Part shown: in pieces, positions 27,039 to 36,661 of the stretch
Layout: each line of letters starts with the position of its first letter
Numbering within the stretch: the stretch's first letter is position 1
Origin: Minisyncoccota bacterium
GTDB taxonomy: Bacteria > Patescibacteriota > Minisyncoccia > Phycocordibacterales > UBA9973
Direction of reading: 5' to 3'
Assembly: GCA_041657885.1 (NCBI GenBank)
Contig: JBBABB010000001.1
Location: 267,184 to 331,183 of the forward strand
DNA length: 64,000 nucleotides
Position numbers and translations under genes: made by a program
The notes under the pieces: generated by a model
Databases searched by the model: none
What the model was told of the DNA's origin: nothing
Seen by the model: the letters and a program-made list of their open reading frames with translations, nothing else

Positions 27039-29849
27039 CTAGACGACTATGTTGATAACTTTACCTGTAACATAAATAACTCTTTTAATCTCTTTATTCT
27101 CTGTCCAAGCGATTATACTCTTGTTTTTGAGGGCTATATTTTTAATTTCTTCTTCAGTTATATCCTTTGATATCATGATTTCAGCCCTAACTTTACCATT
27201 TACCTGTATTGCTATTTTTATTTCTTCTTCTATAATTTTCTTTTTGTCCCATTTTGGCCATTTACTTTTATTTATGGACTTTTTTTCTCCCAATAAATAC
27301 CATAACTCTTCTGTTATATGAGGGGCAAATGGCGAGAGAATTTGAAGAAACATTTTAAAATCTTTCTTCGTCACGCCGTAGCCTTTGGCGAAGGCGGATT
27401 CCATCTCATTTATCAATACCATCATAGATGAAACCGCTGTGTTGAAATTCATGGACTCTATATCTTCCGAAACTTTTTTGATTGTTTTATGAAGAAGCGT
27501 TTGAAACGAAGCAACCCCTCCTAAATCCTCCCCAGAAGGAAGGACTTTAAATTCCACTCCCTTCCCTTTGGGAAGGGTTGGGGATGGGTTGTAATGAATC
27601 CTCTCTCCTATTCGCCAAACTTTTTCAAGAAAACGACGCGACCCGATTATACTTTTTGTGTTCCAAACAACTGTCTGGTCGAATGGGCCCATAAACATTT
27701 CATAAAGTCGCAAAGTGTCTGCGCCATAAGTTTTCACGATATCGTCTGGATTAACAATATTGCCAAAGCGTTTAGACATTTTTCTCCCATCTTCACCGAT
27801 AATTAAACCAACTGATTGTAATTTCTTAAATGGTTCAAGAGTTGAAACAACTCCAATATCATAAAGGAATTTGTGCCAAAAACGAGCATAAATTAAATGC
27901 CTTGTGGCATGTTCAGCTCCGCCGACATAAAAATCAACTTGATTCCAATATTTTTCCTTTTTCTTATCAACTAGAGCTTTGTTGTTCTTTGGATCCATAT
28001 AACGCAAGTAATACCACGAACTCCCAGCCCATTGGGGCATTGTATTTGTTTCGCGTTTCATCATTTTTGCATTTTTACCTTTACCAACTTTAACATTTAC
28101 CCAATTAGAAATATTTGCCAGTGGTGATTCCCCTGTACCAGTTGGTTCATAAAATTTTACTCTTGGTAAAACAACTGGTAAATCTTTTTCCTTAATAGGA
28201 ACAATTTTGTCGCCATCGTGCAAAACAGGAATTGGTTCCCCCCAATAACGTTGTCTTGAAAATACCCAATCACGAAGTTTGTATTTTGTAACAATTTTTC
28301 CGCCAACTTCTTTGGTAATTTCATTAGCATCAACAAGCTGTCTATTAATAATTGGCAAGTTGTATTTTTCAGCAAATTCTTTATCACGACTGTCGTGTTG
28401 TGGTACTGCCATTATTGCTCCCGTGCCGTAACTAGCCAAAACATAATCCGCAATCCAGATTGGGATTTCTTCACCGTTTGCTGGATTTATCGCTTTTATT
28501 CCTTTTAATTCAACTCCTGTTTTTAGTTTATCTTCTCTAGTTCTTTCTATGTCTGTTTTGTTTTTAATTTGTTTTATATAATCTTCTACTTCTTTTTTAT
28601 TTGAAATATTATCAGAAAGTTTCTTCACTAATTCGTGTTCAGGTGCAAGTACAAGATAAGTAGCACCGAAAATAGTATCTGCCCGAGTAGTAAATACTTT
28701 AATACTTCCTAACTCAACCCCTCCTAAATCCTCCCCAAAGGGAAGGACTTTTAATGCTTTATTAATTTTATTTATAACAGAATCTATATTTTTTAAAACT
28801 TCTTCATTTTTAAATCTGATAACTTTAAAACCAAGTATTTTTAAAATTTCAGTTCTTTCTTCATCTTTTTCTTTTTGTAAGTCATGAATATCTCCATCAA
28901 CTTCTATTACTAAATTTTTTGAGAGACACACAAAATCAACAATGAATTTATTTATGATATGTTGTCTTCTAAAATGATATTCTTTATTCTTTTTTAAGAT
29001 TTGCCATAATTTTTTCTCAGCTTCTGTAGAGTTTTCACGCATCTCAAGAACCTTACCTTGAAGCAATTTCCATGTTTGTGAATCTGTCGTATAGTACCCC
29101 GGCATTTCTCCCTTCCCTTTGGGAAGGGCTGGGGATGGGTTCTTAATTTTAAATTCTATTTCACTTCCTTCTGACTTTCCTATCCAGTTTTTTTGACTTT
29201 CTTTAATTGATTCAGGCCAATTCAGTGAATCTAAATCTTTAAGTAATCTTTCAGCATAATCTGTAATGCGAAGCACCCATTGACGCATAGGTTTTTGTTC
29301 AACAAAAAAACCACAACGTTCACATTTACCATCTTCTACATCTTCATTAGCTAAACCAGTTTTGCAAGAAGGACACCAATTAATTGGTTCATACGATTCA
29401 TAAGCTAAACCTTTTTCTAAAAGTTTCAAAAATATCCATTGGGTCCATTTATAAAATTTCGGGTCAGTTGTATTTACTTCTCTAGACCAATCATAATCAA
29501 ATCCGAGTATTTCTAATTGTTTCTTAAAACGAATAACATTTTTAGGTACCGAAACAGCAGGATTAGTTTTAGTTTTTATGGCATAATTTTCAGCCGGAAG
29601 ACCAAAAGCATCAAAACCCATGGGATGCATAACGTTTGCTCCTTGCATTCTCTTCATTCTAGATATGACGTCAGTGGCAATATAACCCTTAGGATGACCA
29701 ACATGAAGACCTTCACCAGAAAGATATGGGAACATATCAAGCACATAATATTTAGGCTTTTTAGAAAAATCTAAAGTTTTATAAATTTTCTTCTTTTCCC
29801 AATCTTTTTGCCATTTTGATTCTATTTTTTTATGGTCGTATGTTTTCAT
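27039..29849 (-). CDS. leuS: Leucine--tRNA ligase with an in-frame DUF559 endonuclease insertion
   Basis: MFPY..GLHVGH, FTTR, GTGAIMAVP, SRQRYWG, KMSKR, QVNGK. Confidence 0.97.
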   Translation of the reverse strand: MKTYDHKKIESKWQKDWEKKKIYKTLDFSKKPKYYVLDMFPYLSGEGLHVGHPKGYIATDVISRMKRMQGANVMHPMGFDAFGLPAENYAIKTKTNPAVSVPKNVIRFKKQLEILGFDYDWSREVNTTDPKFYKWTQWIFLKLLEKGLAYESYEPINWCPSCKTGLANEDVEDGKCERCGFFVEQKPMRQWVLRITDYAERLLKDLDSLNWPESIKESQKNWIGKSEGSEIEFKIKNPSPALPKGKGEMPGYYTTDSQTWKLLQGKVLEMRENSTEAEKKLWQILKKNKEYHFRRQHIINKFIVDFVCLSKNLVIEVDGDIHDLQKEKDEERTEILKILGFKVIRFKNEEVLKNIDSVINKINKALKVLPFGEDLGGVELGSIKVFTTRADTIFGATYLVLAPEHELVKKLSDNISNKKEVEDYIKQIKNKTDIERTREDKLKTGVELKGIKAINPANGEEIPIWIADYVLASYGTGAIMAVPQHDSRDKEFAEKYNLPIINRQLVDANEITKEVGGKIVTKYKLRDWVFSRQRYWGEPIPVLHDGDKIVPIKEKDLPVVLPRVKFYEPTGTGESPLANISNWVNVKVGKGKNAKMMKRETNTMPQWAGSSWYYLRYMDPKNNKALVDKKKEKYWNQVDFYVGGAEHATRHLIYARFWHKFLYDIGVVSTLEPFKKLQSVGLIIGEDGRKMSKRFGNIVNPDDIVKTYGADTLRLYEMFMGPFDQTVVWNTKSIIGSRRFLEKVWRIGERIHYNPSPTLPKGKGVEFKVLPSGEDLGGVASFQTLLHKTIKKVSEDIESMNFNTAVSSMMVLINEMESAFAKGYGVTKKDFKMFLQILSPFAPHITEELWYLLGEKKSINKSKWPKWDKKKIIEEEIKIAIQVNGKVRAEIMISKDITEEEIKNIALKNKSIIAWTENKEIKRVIYVTGKVINIVV
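27374..27398 (-). repeat. In-frame REP-like element in leuS
   Basis: sense tccgccttcgccaaaggctacggcg (SAFAKGYG). Confidence 0.8.
27513..27590 (-). mobile_element. Empty 78-bp two-arm element in leuS
   Basis: Both ends match those of 28716-29141 with 1-2 mismatches each; encodes NPSPTLPKGKGVEFKVLPSGEDLGGV. Confidence 0.88.
28716..29141 (-). mobile_element. 426-bp element: imperfect inverted-repeat arms flanking a DUF559 (Vsr-like) endonuclease domain, in frame in leuS
   Basis: AACCC..GGGTT ends; internal TEAEKKLW..FRRQH..IVDF..IEVDG..H..DEER..GFKVIRFKN motif. Confidence 0.85.
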
Positions 29850-29906
29850 GAATTAATGTATTATACCAGAAAAATATGATTATAGGGAAACAATATAAAA
29901 AGCTCC

Positions 29907-30011
29907 TCTCTGAATAGCTCTTCTTGAAGGGTACGCAAATTTTTTACTAGAAATTTGTTCAGTTCTCGCGCCGTCGCGCTCCAAAGCCCCTTCAATAAGA
30001 CTATTCAGAGA
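29907..30011. repeat. Long hairpin element between tsaC and leuS, overlapping the tsaC stop
   Basis: arms tctctgaatag..ttgaaggg / cccttcaa..ctattcagaga; inner caaattt..aaatttg. Confidence 0.7.
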
Positions 30012-30600
30012 TACGCTTTAATTTCTTCTCCCCTTGGCGTAAAATGACAAAACTATTATTTTCTAGTTTAATGAGAGTTGAAGGTTTTAATTTTCTTTTC
30101 CCGCCGTTGATATATAGATTCGGTCCTAAGCAATGCTTAGGACTGAAATATGCTTTGGCTTGTTTTATTGTTTCCGCAGGTGGTAATCCTTCAGGGTTTG
30201 CGCTTGGCGCCACAAGTGGCCCAACTTTTTTTATTAGATTGTAAAGATTTTTATTTCGAGGTCCAATCATCCGAAAAGCAATTCCATTTGTTCCTCGATG
30301 AATATATTTAAATTTTGAAAGTTTGCAAGGCAAAATGACACTGACTTTCCCCGGCCAAATTTTTTTCAAAAATTTGGCCTGTTCTTTTCCTATCTTTACC
30401 TCAAACAATCTCAAATCATTATACGAAGCAATAAGAACAATAAAAGGTTTATTTTCGTTTCTTCCTTTTATTTCGTAAATTTTTTCAACTACCCTTTTCG
30501 ACATCGCCTTTCCGATTATCCCATACAAAGTATCCGTAGATAATACAACTATCCCATCATTCTTAAGTATTTTTATCGCTTTTTTCCAATCATTTTTCAT
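30001..30600 (-). CDS. tsaC: L-threonylcarbamoyladenylate synthase (Sua5/YrdC/TsaC)
   Basis: TDTLYG, KGR..KP, WPG, PSAN, PST, LRQG. Confidence 0.92.
   Translation of the reverse strand: MKNDWKKAIKILKNDGIVVLSTDTLYGIIGKAMSKRVVEKIYEIKGRNENKPFIVLIASYNDLRLFEVKIGKEQAKFLKKIWPGKVSVILPCKLSKFKYIHRGTNGIAFRMIGPRNKNLYNLIKKVGPLVAPSANPEGLPPAETIKQAKAYFSPKHCLGPNLYINGGKRKLKPSTLIKLENNSFVILRQGEKKLKRISE
30123..30143. repeat. In-frame palindrome in tsaC
   Basis: gtcctaagc-aat-gcttaggac (SPKHCLG). Confidence 0.65.
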
Positions 30601-30602
30601 TA

Positions 30603-31592
30603 TTATATTCTAAACTCTATTACATCCCCATTTTTAACTATATAATCCTTGCCTTCTGTCCTCACTTTCCCATGGGCGCGAGCGTCAGTGTAACTTCCAG
30701 CATTGAGCAAATCCTGCCAATACACAACTTCGGCACGAATAAATTTATCTCGAAAATCCGTGTGAATTGCCATCCCAGCCACAGGTGCGGTGCTTCCCTT
30801 TTTTATTGTCCAAGCTCGTGTCTCATCAAGTCCCGTTGTAAAATAAGTTTGAAGCCCAAGCAATTCATAACTTTTTGTAATCAATTCATCAAAACCACTT
30901 TCAAAAACAGGATCAACTTTTACTGAACAAATGTTTGGAAGTTCGACTTCCAAATTTGGGCACGCCTGCGAAGTATTTAGCACATAAAGCATTGGTTTCA
31001 GTGTAAGTAAATTCAAAGATTTAATTTTAAATTTTTCATCATCATTCAAGTTTGCTTCTGTGGCCATTTCCCCTTTTTCAAAAACAACCATCAGCTTTTT
31101 CAAAATTAATTCTTCAGCAATTGCCTCTTTATCTTGTTTTTTTAATTCCTTTCCTATGCTTGCAATTCTCTTTGAAACTATTTCAAAATCAGAAAGAACA
31201 AGCTCGAGATTTATAACCCCAATATCATCCATTGGATTTATTTTATTTTCTACATGGATTACTGAATTGTCTTCAAATGTACGCACCACGTGTGCAATCG
31301 CATTCACTTCACGAATATTCGTTAAAAATTTATTTCCAAGACCTTCCCCTTTTGATGCTCCAGCTACAAGCCCGGCGATATCCACGAATTCTATAACCGC
31401 TGGAATTGTCTTGGCTGACTTGGAAAACTCCGAAAGCTTCCATAAACGCTCGTCAGGAACAGGCACAATCCCCACAGATGGGTCTATTGTGCAAAATGGG
31501 TAATTCTCACAAGGTACACTCTTTTTCGTAAGAGCGTTAAACAGCGTGGATTTCCCGACATTTGGCAAACCAACAATTCCGATACTAAGCAT
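30603..31592 (-). CDS. ychF: Ribosome-binding ATPase YchF
   Basis: GIVGLPNVGKST, DIAGLV, GEGLGNKFL, IHTDF. Confidence 0.97.
   Translation of the reverse strand: MLSIGIVGLPNVGKSTLFNALTKKSVPCENYPFCTIDPSVGIVPVPDERLWKLSEFSKSAKTIPAVIEFVDIAGLVAGASKGEGLGNKFLTNIREVNAIAHVVRTFEDNSVIHVENKINPMDDIGVINLELVLSDFEIVSKRIASIGKELKKQDKEAIAEELILKKLMVVFEKGEMATEANLNDDEKFKIKSLNLLTLKPMLYVLNTSQACPNLEVELPNICSVKVDPVFESGFDELITKSYELLGLQTYFTTGLDETRAWTIKKGSTAPVAGMAIHTDFRDKFIRAEVVYWQDLLNAGSYTDARAHGKVRTEGKDYIVKNGDVIEFRI
30934..30954. repeat. In-frame TTTGGAAGT-nnn-ACTTCCAAA palindrome in ychF
   Basis: tttggaagttcgacttccaaa (LEVELPN). Confidence 0.75.
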
Positions 31593-31655
31593 AGAATGAG
31601 TTTAACAAAAAAAAATTATATTTCCAAATACAAAATTAAATGATAATATTAAATT

Positions 31656-31838
31656 ATGGAAAAAATACCAGAAATAAGATTTGTTCCCTTCGAGAGATTT
31701 GCTGTAAAGGCTGAGCAAAAAGAGAATCCTAGGCTAATGCCATATTTGTCATATTCTATAGCAATACCAGATGAAGAGAGTAAAAATGTAGTTAATAATT
31801 TAATAAAAGAAGATTTGGAAAGACTTTTCGAAGAATAG
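31656..31838 (+). CDS. Small hypothetical protein or remnant
   Basis: 60-aa ORF preceded by a -10-like box. Confidence 0.4.
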   Translation: MEKIPEIRFVPFERFAVKAEQKENPRLMPYLSYSIAIPDEESKNVVNNLIKEDLERLFEE

Positions 31839-31957
31839 ATAAGGTCAGTTTTGTCTTAATATTTCCATTCAAACATCATCCCAAGTTCGGAGCCAGTTAG
31901 TATAGAGATATTCAAAGCTATTTACTATTTAAGTATAAAGGTGTTATAATATATAAT

Positions 31958-33403
31958 ATGAAAACAAATATTATAAAAAGGGGTGTTATAACTTTATTTT
32001 TATTAATAATTTTTTTAATCTCTCCTTCGGTTTTAGCTCAAGAACAAGTTCAAGTTTATTCAGGATTTAATAGATTTACTGATAATGTCAGATTACTTTT
32101 TTCTAATGGAGATAGTAAAGTTAGGTTAGCTTTAGAAATAAGAAAAAAAGAAGTAAATTCTGCTTTAGAAAATACAAAAAATGGTAAAACTGAAAATGCT
32201 ACCAATAATCTTAAGAGGGCTCAAAAAAAACTTAAAGTTATTCAAGAAAGTGTATCCCTAAAAACTTCTGAAGAGGTTAAGATAAGTGTTGAAGAAATTC
32301 AAAAAATAATAGATGAAGATAATCTCCCGGAAAAGTTTAGAGAGTACAAATTAGAAGAAGAAAAAACACAATTAGCTACAGAGCTTACTCTAAAAACTTT
32401 TGAATATTGTAAAGAACTTGCAAAAGGAGGATACGAGGAAATGCTAAAAGAAGAAGTATGTAATCCAGATACTGCGCAAGAAGGACTAGAGGATGAATTA
32501 AAAGAACTAAAAAATCTTCAAGAAAAATTATTCACTGATTTAATGTGGAATATTAGAAGTTGTATAGATGACCCTGGAACTTGTAGTTGTGATGAAGTTC
32601 TTGATATTGGACAAAAAACAAAATGCCAAAAAATGATTGCTTTTGCAATTAAATGTGAATATAAAGAGGATGAAATCTCTTGTGGTGAATTAAAAGCCAT
32701 GGAACCTAAACAAGGAGATAATTTTGCAGAAAGTTTTATCCCTAGTTTTTTAATGAATTTATTTAAAGAAAAACAATCAATGATAGATTATAATATTCAA
32801 AAGTCAGATGGTGTTCCTCCTGAATGCTGGAATTATAATAATAAACCAGAATGTAGACAATATGATTATCTAAAAGAATGGCATTATAGGGGGGAGAATG
32901 ATGAAGAAAGGCCGGGGAAACCGAAAGAAAAAGAACCAACAATGCAAGAATCAATTCCAGTATGTTTCAATAAAGATGGAACTTTTCTAGAAGAAAAATG
33001 TGGAGAAATTATAATAGTTAAAAATGAGAAAGGGTTAATAAATTATATTACTAAAAATCAGATTGATGAAATTATTAATAATTTTGAAAATGTTTCAGAA
33101 GAACATAAGATAGATATAAATGGAGAAAAAGGAGGAATCATGATAAATGAAATGAAGGAAGAAATTAATAATATTAAAGAAGAGATAGGAGAAAGAACTT
33201 TTGCTCCGGGAACTCAGGAAACTGGAAAAGTAGAAAATGATGTAAAAAATAATGTAATAGAAGAAAATAATGGTGCAAAAGATGGTGATGATGGTTTAAA
33301 ACCAGAAATTAAGATAGATGTTGATTCTGATTCTAATAATGGAGATGATGGTTTTACTAATGAAATTAAAACAGATATTTCTGGAAGTAGCCAAAATAAC
33401 TAA
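31958..33403 (+). CDS. Secreted Cys-containing hypothetical protein with acidic tail
   Basis: Signal peptide, helical N-domain, many Cys, D/N-rich C-terminus. Confidence 0.8.
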   Translation: MKTNIIKRGVITLFLLIIFLISPSVLAQEQVQVYSGFNRFTDNVRLLFSNGDSKVRLALEIRKKEVNSALENTKNGKTENATNNLKRAQKKLKVIQESVSLKTSEEVKISVEEIQKIIDEDNLPEKFREYKLEEEKTQLATELTLKTFEYCKELAKGGYEEMLKEEVCNPDTAQEGLEDELKELKNLQEKLFTDLMWNIRSCIDDPGTCSCDEVLDIGQKTKCQKMIAFAIKCEYKEDEISCGELKAMEPKQGDNFAESFIPSFLMNLFKEKQSMIDYNIQKSDGVPPECWNYNNKPECRQYDYLKEWHYRGENDEERPGKPKEKEPTMQESIPVCFNKDGTFLEEKCGEIIIVKNEKGLINYITKNQIDEIINNFENVSEEHKIDINGEKGGIMINEMKEEINNIKEEIGERTFAPGTQETGKVENDVKNNVIEENNGAKDGDDGLKPEIKIDVDSDSNNGDDGFTNEIKTDISGSSQNN

Positions 33404-33433
33404 AAAGGTCGAGATTAAAAAAAAATTAATTAT

Positions 33434-33781
33434 ATGAAAATAAAAATATTTTCTAATGTTGCAAAAGTTTGTGTAGTTTTATTAGTAGTTTCTACCCTTA
33501 TTTACAGAATTACTGAAATAATGCTTTTTAAAGGTACGGTGGGATACTCATTCTCTAGTGCTATTACTGGGATGATAACCTTAATTCTTCTTTTAGCAGT
33601 TTCCTTTTTTTGTTTACACAAAAAACAAAAATGGGGATTTTGGTATTGTCTTTTCTTGTTTATCTTCTTGCTCCTGGCTTATCTATTTAAAGCTCCTTTT
33701 GTTTGGCCATATGCTGTTTTTGTAATTCTGTCTATAATTCCGATTATTTCACTATTTATTTTAAAAAAGGAATTTAAATAA
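33434..33781 (+). CDS. Hypothetical 4-TM membrane protein
   Basis: 115-aa hydrophobic ORF. Confidence 0.7.
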   Translation: MKIKIFSNVAKVCVVLLVVSTLIYRITEIMLFKGTVGYSFSSAITGMITLILLLAVSFFCLHKKQKWGFWYCLFLFIFLLLAYLFKAPFVWPYAVFVILSIIPIISLFILKKEFK

Positions 33782-33829
33782 GGTCGATGTATTAAATATT
33801 AATAATTAAGATAAAAATAATTTTATTTT

Positions 33830-34468
33830 ATGAATGAAATAATAGAGAAAAAATCTATGCCAAAATGGATCAAGATCGGTATTTTGATAGCCGGTGCAAT
33901 TCTTATTGTAGTTGGTCTCTTTAAAATTTTTGGTAATGATACTAATGTCCTTGTTAATAAATTTAACGAAGTACAGGCTCCGAATGCGGTTATTAAGAAT
34001 GATCTCATAAGCGTAAGCAATATTTTACTTGGAATTGGCGCAAAGGAAACAAACAAAGATTACACTGGTATAGTTTCCGATCTTCAAACTATCTTTGTTA
34101 AACTTGATGATGCCGAAGTCCAGATTGCATCAACGTCAGCCCCCTTAACTGAACTTCAAGGTATAATTGACAGTTCTTCCGATCAGAGCGTGAAAATAAC
34201 TGGTACGCACTTTATTGACGTTTTTAAATTAAAGAATGTTGCTCAGCTGAAAATGATTAGTGACACCAGAGATTTCGTAAATCAAGCCATTACTTTCTAT
34301 AATGAAATGGCTCAGAATAAGAAAATAACTATTGATGTGAAAAAGTTTAATGCTACAGTGAGTACCCTTGGTGTGAATGCGCAGAGTATGACGGATATTG
34401 GTGTGCAGTATGAAGTAGCTGCAAATGACTTTGCCAAAGCAGCTGGGTTTATAATTGAGAGTAAATAG
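33830..34468 (+). CDS. Hypothetical membrane-anchored helical protein
   Basis: N-terminal TM followed by amphipathic helices. Confidence 0.75.
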   Translation: MNEIIEKKSMPKWIKIGILIAGAILIVVGLFKIFGNDTNVLVNKFNEVQAPNAVIKNDLISVSNILLGIGAKETNKDYTGIVSDLQTIFVKLDDAEVQIASTSAPLTELQGIIDSSSDQSVKITGTHFIDVFKLKNVAQLKMISDTRDFVNQAITFYNEMAQNKKITIDVKKFNATVSTLGVNAQSMTDIGVQYEVAANDFAKAAGFIIESK

Positions 34469-34518
34469 AAAAATAAACAATTCCTTAAAAAATAACCTAA
34501 TTTGATATAGCAAGTATA

Positions 34519-34539
34519 TAGCAAGAACGATTCTTGCTA
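34519..34539. terminator. Hairpin between convergent genes
   Basis: tagcaagaa-cga-ttcttgcta. Confidence 0.45.
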
Positions 34540-34550
34540 CTTTTAACCTT

Positions 34551-35585
34551 TTACATTCCCATTCCAGAGCTACTTCTAGTGTCTAGATAAGTTTCTGGTA
34601 TTGGGTTTTCAAATTGCCCTTGTTCTTGTGCTTTTTTCATCCACTCTAATTGTTCAGGAGTCAGTTTATTATATTCTTCTTCCATTTTTTGTTGTAAATT
34701 ATTTAAATCTTCCATATTAAGAGAACTCCCATTAGATGGAATTGTATCTCCTTGTGGAATTAGACTATCATCTAACCCTTGCAGTTGTTTAAAAGTTTCT
34801 AAATCTTTCGGAGACAAACTATTTCCATAAAATTCTTGCATCTTTTTTAAAGCTTCTTTATTAATTCTATTATTAGCTCCAGATGGAATTTTGGTTCCAC
34901 TTGGCAGACAATTTTGCATAATTATTGACATAAAATCATTTTGACTAACTTCACCATTTTTTGTTTTATCACCAATATTATTTATTATTGATTTAAAACA
35001 ACTTTGCATTTCTGGTGGTGCCTGTTTAAGCCCTTCTCCTACTTGTTTTGATATATCTTCAGAAATTAAATTAAATTTTTTGCTGAATTCTAAACATTTA
35101 GAAAAGTTTATTTCTTTTGAGCAATATTCAATGCATGTTTTTTGGTCTTTACATTCACCTGGAAGTTTGTCAATATCTTTCAATACCTTAGAAATAGCTT
35201 TAGCTCGCTTTAATTGCTCAAGTGAAATAAGTTCATGTTTTTCTGCAAATGTTAAACATTCATTAATATGCAAAGATTCTTCACAATATTGTTCGCAAGT
35301 TCTTTGATTTGCGCATTTCCCAGGTCCACCTTGTTTTAATACTTCTGAAAATTTTCGTGTTTTTGTAGCATCCTCTGTAGAAATTATACCTGCTTTTTCA
35401 CCAAAATCCACGCATTTTAAAATATTTTCTTGTTTTTCGCAATATACATGGCAATCTTTTATGTCTTTACAATTTCCTAATTTTATTACTGGATATTTAA
35501 TGTTTTCTAAAGATGTTGTCGCTAAAACTACATTAAAAAAAATTATGCTTGTAATAAATGTTAAAATTATAAATAATGTTTTCAT
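34551..35585 (-). CDS. Secreted protein with three Cys repeats (C-x5-C-x3-C-x8-C)
   Basis: Signal peptide; GNCKDIKDCHVYC, GKCANQRTCEQYC, GECKDQKTCIEYC. Confidence 0.8.
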   Translation of the reverse strand: MKTLFIILTFITSIIFFNVVLATTSLENIKYPVIKLGNCKDIKDCHVYCEKQENILKCVDFGEKAGIISTEDATKTRKFSEVLKQGGPGKCANQRTCEQYCEESLHINECLTFAEKHELISLEQLKRAKAISKVLKDIDKLPGECKDQKTCIEYCSKEINFSKCLEFSKKFNLISEDISKQVGEGLKQAPPEMQSCFKSIINNIGDKTKNGEVSQNDFMSIIMQNCLPSGTKIPSGANNRINKEALKKMQEFYGNSLSPKDLETFKQLQGLDDSLIPQGDTIPSNGSSLNMEDLNNLQQKMEEEYNKLTPEQLEWMKKAQEQGQFENPIPETYLDTRSSSGMGM

Positions 35586-35596
35586 ATTATTATTTA

Positions 35597-35797
35597 TTAA
35601 TTGCTAAATGGATTCTTGTAACTATTAGAAAAAGGGTTTGTTTCCGTTTTAAACGGATTTGTTTCTGGTAATTTTATAGGCTCTTCAATTTTTTGAGAAA
35701 AAAATTTATTTAAAAAAACAGGCTTTTTTATAAAAACTACCCATGCAATAGCTATTACGACGATTATAATAATAACTGCAATAATTATTTTTTTCAT
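35597..35797 (-). CDS. Small TM protein with NPF repeats
   Basis: TM then ETNPF-ETNPF-KNPF. Confidence 0.65.
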   Translation of the reverse strand: MKKIIIAVIIIIVVIAIAWVVFIKKPVFLNKFFSQKIEEPIKLPETNPFKTETNPFSNSYKNPFSN

Positions 35798-36035
35798 AAA
35801 ATACTTTAAATTAGCTTCTAGTATCTAAATTATACAACAAAAATCATAAAATAACCACAATCCAACCCTCTTTTAAGTGGCGACGGAAGTTCTATCGTAA
35901 ATTCAAATGGAATCTGTTTTTGAGCTATATTATTATCAAAAAATCGTGTTGTGTTCGTGTCGTGCCGATACTTAGTGACATATAGAGAACTCTACCAAAT
36001 TAGAGAGTAAAAAATAAAGAAATTATTAATTTTAA

Positions 36036-36635
36036 TTAGTCCACTTTTCTTGTAATATATCCAGTAATTAATCTATTCAAAAAATATATCAAAATTATCA
36101 AAGCGATAATTACCAAGAAGACATATTCACTTCTTTTTATAACTTTGCTAAGAGTTAAATATGCTTGGCCTGATAAAAAACCAACAACGGAATAAAAAAT
36201 AGTTTTGGGTATCGCAACGCTAACCGCTGTCTCAAAAAACTTTTTAAACGGTGTATGAGTCGCCCCGATAATGATTATCCCCGGAGTTCCAATAAATGGA
36301 GAGACCTTGATTAAAATAACTGCTTTGCGAGTATGTTTATGTAAAAGTTGCTCTATCCTTTTTACACGACTTTCGGTTAATCCAAGAGATTGGAAAAATG
36401 GAGTATTTATAATCTTACGACTTTTGTATCCAACAGTATAAAAAAACAAGTCTCCTCCTATATCACCCAAAATAGCAAGAATCACAATAAAAAAAAGATT
36501 AAAGACTCCCAGTGCTGCTCCAACTCCTGCAGCTATTGTAACCATCGGTCCTTCAATTAAAGATGCAATTAGAAAAAGAAAATATCCATGTGATATAACC
36601 CAAGGAACAAGAGTGGAAAGATTTGATGCGTCCAT
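36036..36635 (-). CDS. DedA/VTT-family membrane protein
   Basis: IEGP..AAG..GDIGGD..YTVG pattern. Confidence 0.85.
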   Translation of the reverse strand: MDASNLSTLVPWVISHGYFLFLIASLIEGPMVTIAAGVGAALGVFNLFFIVILAILGDIGGDLFFYTVGYKSRKIINTPFFQSLGLTESRVKRIEQLLHKHTRKAVILIKVSPFIGTPGIIIIGATHTPFKKFFETAVSVAIPKTIFYSVVGFLSGQAYLTLSKVIKRSEYVFLVIIALIILIYFLNRLITGYITRKVD

Positions 36636-36661
36636 AATTATTTTTTAATTTAAAATTTCTA

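Noticed and set aside
28716-29141. Intein or self-splicing intron in leuS
   Set aside because: No Cys/Ser start, no HN/HQ end, no Hint motifs; too short and fully coding for a group I/II intron
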